Assembly: GCA_043228905.1 (NCBI GenBank)
Contig: JBHGNT010000016.1
Coordinates: 8,990,001 to 9,054,000 of the forward strand
Reading direction: 5' to 3'
Source: Azolla caroliniana
Taxonomy: Eukaryota > Plantae > Polypodiophyta
DNA: 64,000 nucleotides
Numbering within the stretch: the first letter of the stretch is position 1; each line of letters starts with the position of its first letter. A model generated the notes under the pieces. It was not told the DNA's origin and made no database searches. It saw nothing but the letters and a program-made list of their open reading frames with translations. This document shows positions 54,990 to 64,000 of the stretch, piece after piece. The position numbers were made by a program, and so were the translations under genes.

Positions 54990-57535
54990 ACATAGCCGGT
55001 AGCGGAAGTCCCCATCGGTTCCATAACCGAGAAATATGCACTTTGTTGCATGGGGTGCCAACTTCTTCCTTTTGTCCCTAGGGATGAATGCGTAGGCTTC
55101 GCATCCGAATATACGAAGCCTATCGTAGGTCAGTTGTTTGCGTGACCATAGTGCCTGTGGCACTTCGAGCCTGATTGCTCTTGACGGCGCCCGATTTATC
55201 AGGTACACTGCCGTCTGCAATGCCTCGGCCCAGAATTCCAGCTTTAGTCCGGCTTGCTGGAGCATTGTCGTCACCCTCTCCTGGATCGTCCTGTTGTTCC
55301 ATTCTGCCACTCCATTTTGCATGGGTGTGTAGGGAGCGGTCTTTTGGTGTCGGATCCCTTTTCCGGACAGGTACTGTTTGAAGGCTCCGGAGGTGTACTC
55401 ATCTCCGTTGTTGGATTAGAGTGTCTTCACTTTGTATCCCAATCGGTTCTCCACTTCAGATATCCATCGAGTGTAGACCTCGAGTGCTTCATCTTTGGAC
55501 TTGATGGAGTAAGCCCAAACTTTTTGTGTACAATCATCTACGAATGTGATGAAGTACCGGGAGCCTCCTAGTGATCGATTTGGATGGGCCCACATATGTC
55601 TGTGTGCACGAGCTCTAGGGGTTTTTGTACCATCTCGTAGTGGAGAGAGTGCGGACTTCGGGACTGTTTCCCATATCGACAATGCTCGAAAAAGTCCATT
55701 TTTGCCTGGAGTTTCGGAATGTAGCTGACCAACATCAACCGATCAAGTCCGGCTTGAGACATGTGGCCAAGTCGGCCATGCCATAAGTTCGGGTAAGTTT
55801 TCTCGGTTACGTTCACGGCCCCTTTAGGGTTGATCGCCATCAATGGGTATAGATTATTATTCTTGTGCCCACTATCGATTTTGAGGTTTCCTCGGCTGAT
55901 CACCCATGTCGACTCATGTAGAGTCGTTCGATACCCGTCTTCGGCTAACATGCCGATGGAGACTAGACTCCTCTTTAGATCGGGTACGTGCCGAACTCGG
56001 TGCAGGGTTATTGTGTTGCCATTTGGGAATCTAATGGGAACCTCCCCGGTTCCGGCTATCTTGCACTCTTGCCCATTTCCCAATCAGACTGTGTCGTTGG
56101 CGTCGGCTGAATAGTTCGAGAACCATTCAATGTTGGGGGTCACGTGAAATGTGATGCTAGAGTCTAGTAGCCACGTGTGTGCAACTTGTGCATTATAGAG
56201 GACTTCTTCGATTATTGAGCCCTCTAAGGAGAGGATTTCTCTAGATCGGGTGTCGGCAACGTTGATCTGGTTGCCGACTAGAGAGTGGTCTAAGTCGGAA
56301 CATCCCCGATTCCGCTCGGATCGTCAACCACCCTCTTTTCTTTTTAATGACCAGTAGTCGGAAACATTGTGGCCAACTTTCCTGCAGTGTGTGCAGTACT
56401 CGCTTGATTGGCCCGTTTTTTACTTCGACCGCTGTCGGTCACCCCTTGTTTTCGATCGACTGTAGCGTCGACCGGTTCTGTCAGCTTGTTCTTTCGTTCG
56501 ACTCTGTCGGTCGAACGACTTGGTCGAGTGATGGGCTTATGCCGACTCATCGATGGTTAGTCCCATCAATTTTCGCCTGATGTCCTCTGTGAGGACTTGG
56601 CCGATTGTTTCGTCCAAGTTTAGGATCGTTCGGCTATTGGCGTATGTCGTGCAGAATACCTCCCAACTCGCATGCAAGCTCAATAGGAGGGCGAGGGCTT
56701 TCACTTCTTCTTCGAAGTTGATCCCTTGTGACGAGAGCTCAGACAACACTCGGCTGAAGGTGTTGATATGGGAGGTTGCCGGATCAGTCTCTTTCATCTT
56801 CATATTGAACAGTTGTTTGATCAAAATTAATTTCGAAGATGAGGACGTCTTCTCATAAACGGCCTGTAGTTTCTCCCACAATGAGAACGTTGTCGTCTCT
56901 TTCACCATGCTGAAGTAGATGTTTTCGGCTAGGTGCATTCGGATGGTGGATCGTGCTATTTCGTCCACTCATCTCCACTCTTCTGTTGTCATCGAAGCAG
57001 GCTTTTCGTTGTGCCGAATGGCTTCAACCTGTCTTCGAATGATTAGCACATCCTGCGTCATCTCCTTCCATAGGGCAAAAAATTTGCCGTTGAACTTTTT
57101 GATTTCAACTCCTGTTCCGATTGTTGAAGCCATATGCCTTTATGAAAGTAAGATTTCTAACCTGGCCTTTTCCTCTTAGCTTCTTCTGTTGTCTGTTGCC
57201 GTCGTGCAACAAGGTTGCTCTGATACTAGATGTCGATGTATATGTATATATATATATATGTATATGTATGCGGAAAACGTTTGCAGACCTGTACGCTTAT
57301 GCATAGAAAACAACATACACAGAAAATACAGTGAATCAAGACTTAGACAGTAGATCGAGCTTTAATGGAAAGCTTCTCATTACTTCGTTCTCTTTTAGAG
57401 ATACAATACTCTTCTCATCATCCACTCATCGCTCATTACAATGTTAGGTATTTGCTTATATACTAAGCCCTAACTTATTAACGAGTTCACACTCGGACGG
57501 ATACAACTTGGAAGGAGTCGGCCTTTTATGCCAAC
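54990..57535 (-). mobile_element. Truncated copia family B (5' LTR about 57232-57535, gag, PR, INT)
   Basis: QNGVAEWNNRTI, SRYFITFVDD, LWHGRLGHMS and gag; PBS variant GCTCTGATACTA at about 57217. Confidence 0.88.
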
Positions 57536-57789
57536 CCCGGGGGCTTCACTATGAAAACTTGTATGATAGCACGTGAGTTCATCAAAAGGGGTTTAAATTA
57601 ATTAGTGAGATAAAGAATATATATATATATATATATATATATAAGGGTATTAATAAGGATTTGAAAATATATTTACATAAGGGTATTATCAATTATGTTG
57701 GAAAACAAATTTACATAAGCCCGTGAAATATTAGATATTTCAATGAGATAGTAAAGAATGTATTATGCAAACAATGTAACTCAAATTTG

Positions 57790-58710
57790 GAGTAGCATAT
57801 ATACATACATACACATGCATGCATCCATATATACCTACATTCAAACATTACATCCATGAATATGTATATACATACATTACACCCATTTATACATGCATAC
57901 TGACTAAACATAAATATATGTACAAATATATATGACCATATGTAAATATGTACATACATGCATTACATACTACATACATATTAGAATCGGCCATATATAT
58001 TGACATACATATATACATAATACGTACATAAAATTACATATTATATAAATATATGTATACACATTCTTACAATTTACAAACATATTTTATATATTACATA
58101 TTACGCACATATATTATTATACACACAATTATATACAAATGCAAATATACAAACCAAACAGAAAAAAATAAATTACATATTATATATATACACATATACA
58201 CACATTCCATACATACAATACAATACAATATGTACATACATACACACACAAACATAACACACATCACATATGCATACCACATACATGCATATATACCTAC
58301 ATTCATATATCACAACACATCACACATACATATATACCTACATTCAAACATTACATCCATGAATATGTATATACATACATTACACCCATTTATACATGCA
58401 TATTGACTAAACATAAATATATGTACAAATATATATTACCATATGTAAATATGTACATACACATACATACATGCATTACATACTGCATACATTTTAGAAT
58501 TAGCCATATATATTGACAGAAAGAAAGAAATATTAACGTTTTTTAAGACCAAAATTGGCCAATGAGACAATTGGTTTACAACAAAAATGGGGTATTTACC
58601 CATTCATCGAAAATAAAAACATATATATGTATTATGTATATATTTATGTATTGACATACATATATACATAATACATGCAATAAAATTACATATTACATAT
58701 ATACATACAT
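57790..58710. repeat. TA/CA-rich low-complexity region with an internal duplication
   Basis: ATACCTACATTCAAACATTACATCCATG... occurs at about 57830 and 58335. Confidence 0.8.
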
Positions 58711-58714
58711 TGTT

Positions 58715-59312
58715 TATGGGAATGCATTGAGTCTCAACAGATATGGCAACGACTCCTTAGAATTTTTGCTAATTATTTTCCCCCATTGGTTTTCACTTGG
58801 GGCATGGTGGTTTGGACATCACTTGTCTGTGATGTGTTCCATTATGACAATGAATCTTTGGACCATGCATTTTACACTAAATATGGAAGTGTTCATACAT
58901 TACCAATCTTGTCATTACAATTTTCAGGAGTAAGGAAGGAAGTCCAGCCAGTATGGGAGATATTGAGTAGTACCATTGTATATCACATTTGGAAGGCTAG
59001 GTGTTCTCTCGTTTTCCATCAACTTAAAACACCACCAGTTGAAATGGTTTTGAACATTTGGTTACACATAGTTCATACTTTGAAGGGTCAATGGGATGGT
59101 ATAGTTGGAGATTCTGAGGCTAAAATTGTTGAACGGAGTGAGTTTCTTATTATCTGGACAACTACTCCATTCTTGACATCTAATTACGGCACTCCTTATT
59201 GGCATTTTCAGCCATCGAAATGGTTGTTTCCCCCGCCAATCACATAGAGGTTTAAAATCTTGTAAATTGTTTATACTAATGACAGGATATCTTTAAAATA
59301 AAATAAAAAAAA
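58715..59312 (+). mobile_element. 5'-truncated L1-type LINE tail
   Basis: ORF 58786-59247 with VWEILSSTIVYHIWKARCSLVF (L1 C-terminal IWxxRN-like motif) followed by an A-rich tail at about 59296-59312. Confidence 0.65.
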
Positions 59313-59405
59313 TGCACATATACATACAAAACACAAAAAATTAAATTACATATTATATATGTACACATACACATACATATTAATACCGAAGATTACATAT
59401 TATAT

Positions 59406-62400
59406 TGTCATATATGTATGACGTGGCAGTTCTTGAACCAAACTTATGGTTTGCCAAGATAGATAAACGGTTAGTTTAAGTTGGAACCAAGAATGCAAGT
59501 GATGTAATAAGATACTATAAATAGAGATGCAAACCAGAGGCTGAGGCACTGGTTATTTTGGGTGAATCACTCTGAGTATTTTACCTTGGTGGAGACGACA
59601 GGCAATCAACCACCTGCCACTCTACATGACACAACAACCGCTAAGCAATAGCCATCAATCCACAAATAGAAGACCTGCCGCCAAGATGCAAATAGAAGAG
59701 TCGACCCATAATTGATGGGGATATGGAGCGGAATTGGGATGATTCGTAATACCAACTCAAGAATCAAAATAAACAACACCACAACACAAAAAGAGAGTAC
59801 ACCAAATTTTAACGTGGAAAACCCAAAAATTGGGAAAAGCCACGGGAACCTTAGGTTCCAAAACAAATTCACTAATTTCTGAGTGTACAAGGCGTATATA
59901 GCCTCAAGAGTTTACTCTAGAGATATGCACTTATATTTCAAGGCTACCGCCTTGGATACAATGTTCACCCTACCAAATAAGATAAACAACCAAAAGAAAA
60001 ACCCAAAAGAAACACAAACAAGTAAACTTGTTACGAGTAAACGGAAGAGTTGCTATGGTCCAAACAACACCTCACTAGATCTCCGTCTTTACACTTGCAA
60101 CGAGTTCTCATTCTCGATCACCTTGTTCTCGAGCTCTCACACTTGTTCACTTGTTCACTTTTGATTTCTTGTGTCTTCTTACACACCTCTTTTTGTCAAA
60201 TCTCTGTTTTCAGCCTCTTAGATATGTTTTCTTATGCACTTCGTTTTTCTCTATCTTTCTCTGTCTTTCTCGAAGACTTCCCTCTCAGTTTTCTGTTTTT
60301 ACTCTCTGTTTTTTTTTTTCACTCACAAAATCAGATTGTATCACTTGTATATTCTCTGTTTTTTTCTGCACTCTCTTTCGTTGTCACAGTTTTTACGTCT
60401 GCCCCTCTTCCCTCAGCCTTGTAGGGCAATGTCCTTTTTCGAATCTGTTTTCACACCTGAACAAAACAAAACAAAAAAGACACATGCTCAAAAACATACA
60501 AAAAAGAAAGAGAGGAAACATACATACATACATACATATATATATATATATATTTAAATGTAACTAATTAGTTTTAAGTTGTATTCGGCGTTTAGCCGAC
60601 TTAACATTGTGGGCTCCACTTGAGTGGACAGGCCCCAACAATAATCACCCTCACGTTCAGTAGATCAGCCTGTCTTCACCACACAAAGCAATCAAAATGC
60701 AACAACAAGAAGGCGACAACACAATAAGTATGCAACCCAAATTCGGAGAACATACATCAATGCATACAGCCATGGAGCAAATGTTCCAAGCAATGTCTAC
60801 GATGATGATTCAGGTAAATCACACAAACCAAGCACTCATGACATGGCTCACCTCTCAATCTCAATCCACAGGAACAATAAGTGATAAAAAGAAAGATTCC
60901 TGAATATGTCCAAGATCATTCTCTGGCCTCCCCACAAAGGATGTACTAGCTTGGCTAGATCATTTTGACCTCGTCGCAGGTTATCACGATTGGAATGATG
61001 AAAGAAAGGCATTGGAGCTGCGAACAATATTAGAGCATGTCGCCGCCACGTGGTTCATACAACAACCGGAGGAGATCAAGAACGATTGGCACTATTTGCG
61101 GGAGCAACTCATACAACATTTCGCTAACAACGACGTGACGCAATCCGCACTACAACAAATGAATAGTCTCCGTCAGCAACCCAACGAGCCGGTGGCACAA
61201 TTCACTGTAAAGCTAAAACAACTACTGCTTTGAGTCGACTCCAACATGAAGGAAACCGTGAAGTTGTACTTCCTACTACCACGGTTACGACATGATCTAT
61301 ACCGGCGAGTTCGGGATCAAGGACCGACATCATTACATATGGCAATCCAAATCGCTCAACGGATTGAGCCACCTGATTACATAGAGTTGCTGCCATCCAC
61401 ACAACCCATGAGCAACAATCATCACAAACAACCAAATGATTCCTCGGTTTCACCAATGGACATCGATGTACAAAATGTACAATTCACCAAGAAAAATACC
61501 TTACCTGATCGTGATTCTCACGGCAAGCCGCGTTGTTTTTACTGTAATGGGTATGACCATGTTAAAAAACATTGCAGGAAATTGGCGGCATCTAAACATC
61601 ATCAGAATGCTCAAGTCCAATTGGCTGATTCAACATCACTTGTCGAGGTACAGGGAAACCACCAAGCGGGAAACTGATGGAGGAGTAGCTACCGCACATT
61701 CAAGCCGCAAACTCTTCCAAATGACTGGTATGTTCCACGTTAGCACGAATAGATAACACATCACAAGAGGCCTTCTTAGATTTAGGAAGCACGATCTCTT
61801 CTATTAGCATAGATTTAGTCAATTCATTAAACTTACCCACGTCCCCAACAACAAAAATACACGTAGTCTTTGGTGATAAACAATGAGTCTACCAATCGTC
61901 CACACAAGCACATTGCACCTTCTTTTTAGCACAACATAAGTTCCTACATTCATTTTATGCATTACCACGCCAATTATTTCCCATGACATTAGGATGTGAT
62001 TGGTTTATCAAAACTAGAGCACAACTACATTTTTATACTCAATCGCTAGTTTTGCCATCCCTTAAGCCGTTCACCACGATTCCCTTGCTTAGCTCACCAC
62101 AACTTAACAACCACATAATGCATACACAAGCTCATATAGAATCAACCATAGTACTGACTGCCGACATCCGCCGACTCTTGCGGGAATTCCTGACGTTATT
62201 CCGCAAGACAACGACCACAACACAAATCAATTTGCCTGTTCAACATACAATCCCGACAGTCGTAGGGCAACCAATTCGGATGGCTGCCAGACAACGATCT
62301 CCCTTGGATAATCAAAGGATCAATCAAGCAGTAAAAGACATGCTAGACAAGGACATTATAGAGCCATCAAATAGTGATTGGGTCTCAGAACCGCATTTGG

Positions 62401-64000
62401 TGCACAAGGACGATGGCACCTTTTGTTTTTGCATTGATTTCCGTCCTTTGAATAAGGTTACCAAGCACGACCTATACCCGCTTCCGCGCATAGATGATTT
62501 ATTGGATCAAGCCGGGAGGTTCAAATACTTCACATCATTAGACCTCACATCAGGCTATTAGCAGATTCCATTAAGCCCTACTGACAAACACAAAACTGCT
62601 TTTAGGACGCAACATGGTTTATTTCAATTTAAAAGAATGCCTTTTGGCCTATCTGATGCTAGTAGCACTTTTCAAAGGATGGCGAATTCAACGACTTGAT
62701 CCAAGAAGGAGTGGTACTAGTATACCTAGACGATATTTTGATTCATACACCAGAATGGGAACAACACGTCCACATTCTGAAGGAGGTTCTACATAGGATA
62801 CATAAATACAACCTACAACTCCAATAGTAGATATGCCAATGGGGCGCTACTACATTAATATTCTTGGGTTTCATCATATCTACCACAGGAATCAGCATGG
62901 ACCCTACCAAGATCAAGGCAATCACTGATTATCCACAGCCGGCAAATGTCAAGTCACTCCAAAGCTTCTTAGGTCTTGTCAACTTCTCTCTCCGGTTTGT
63001 CCCACAACTCGCAACCATCAAACAACCATTACGCCTCTTATTGAAGGACACACCATTCTCTTGGTCCAAGGCTTGCATAGAGAGTTTTCGACAAATCAAA
63101 AGAATCATTCAAGAAGCCACCCAATTAGCATTCCCGGATTTCAGCAAGACATTTTGCCTATAAACGAAATACAGGAATTGGTGTTGTTTTACTATAGCAC
63201 GATCACTCTGATAATTGGCGACCTATCACCTACATTAGCCGAGCTCTCACAAAGGCCGAACTGAACTACTCAACTACAGAAAAGGAATTCCTGGCAGTGG
63301 TTTGGGCCTTCCAAAAGTTTCACCCATATTTGCATGGGACCACAATTCAGGTTGAAACAGACCACCAACCCTTAGTATCATTGATACTCAAGAGCCATCC
63401 ACCGGGTCGTTTATTGTGTTGGGCATTAGCATTACAGGAATACAGATTCACCATGACCTACAGACGTGGCATCACTAATATAGTAGTTGATTCACTATCT
63501 CGCATAGAGCATCAGGCATCCCAGATCGATGTGCAGACCGAGCCGCCAATTTATCCACACCAAGTAGCCGAGCTTCAGCAGAAAGACCCGATGATTAGAG
63601 ACATTATCTTGTGTCTTTAGTGTGGACGAGATCAACATGTCAATCGCAACTTCATCATCATCAATAACATATTACACTTCGTCAATCAAGGACAACCCCC
63701 ACGACTTTATGTCCCAGAAGCGCTACGTTCAACATATTTGGAGTTCTATCACAACAACCAACTAGCCAGACACTTCGGTTTTCATAAATTATTACACCTT
63801 ATAAGATCTATATTCTATTGGCCCAAACTTCGCCATTCAATCTCTCGATTTCTACAAGCATGCCCGACATGCCAATCGATGAAAGTGCCACAACAAGCAT
63901 CCGGCATTCTACAACCTATCATAGTCAAGGAACCCTTTGAATTACTAGGTTGGGATCTAATGGGTTCCTTTCTAACTTCAATAAATGGTAATAAGTATAT
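59406..64000 (+). mobile_element. Decayed non-chromovirus Ty3/gypsy (short 5' LTR, gag, PR, RT, RH, INT; runs off window)
   Basis: LTR 59406 to about 59585 with TATAAATA; PBS TGGTGGAGACG at 59587; gag with CFYCNGYDHVKKHC; RT FCIDFRPLNKVT..YPLPRIDDLL; RH NYSTTEKE..VVWAFQKFHPYL..ETDHQPL. Confidence 0.9.
59713..60640 (-). mobile_element. Solo LTR (928 bp) nested in the gypsy leader
   Basis: TG..CA ends with perfect TSD ATAAT at 59708-59712 and 60641-60645; TTTAACGTGGAAAACCC motif common in copia LTRs; strand inferred. Confidence 0.85.

Larger units (their letters stand above)
51197..54990 (+). pseudogene. Spliced gene encoding a ParB/Srx-like domain, split by a copia insertion
   Basis: Exon 51197-51222 (AG|GTATGT), intron 51223-51619, exon from 51620 in matching phase; removing copia 51939-54134 and one TSD restores the frame (IEYEDN-DSSNLLFDV); C-terminal part has IREPHSVHVHNLKSKMKINP..VPILVMV, YYVIGGSHS and GLTHEEAKLLAWDHN. 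Confidence 0.6.

Noticed and set aside
43431-57553. Possible inverted ends of the Sola-like element (CATGGTTGAGCCTCGGGG versus CCCCGGGGGCTTCACTATG)
   Set aside because: The match is short and imperfect, does not extend, and has no TSD.
57700-60570. Tyr/His/Ile- or Phe/Ser-rich ORFs
   Set aside because: Translations of microsatellite-like and LTR low-complexity DNA.

Overview
A 64 kb piece of TE-rich plant nuclear DNA, probably from a non-seed plant such as a fern. That assignment is inferred from the Tcn1-like chromoviruses and a Sola-like transposase and is not proven. Three intron-containing host genes lie on the minus strand: chloroplast GAPDH subunit A (19298-21325), a PIG-X/PBN1-like gene (22848 to about 30300) and a Rab escort protein (37132-40822). 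They are surrounded by nested, mostly decayed Ty1/copia and Ty3/gypsy elements, solo LTRs, LINE tails and a hAT MITE. The main points of interest are: (1) a minimal type I hammerhead ribozyme at 10702-10762, just after a TATA box in an unexplained repeat-bounded insert; (2) a Sola-like transposase head-to-head with a spliced ParB/Srx-like gene that can be rebuilt in frame, with a 22-bp palindrome in its intron; (3) two chromovirus LTRs with Tf1-type self-priming signals; (4) a 1.3 kb LTR mini-element with a tRNA-Ala PBS, a 4-bp ATAT TSD and tandem hairpin repeats; (5) an acidic repeat expansion in REP. All calls were made by eye; no searches were run.
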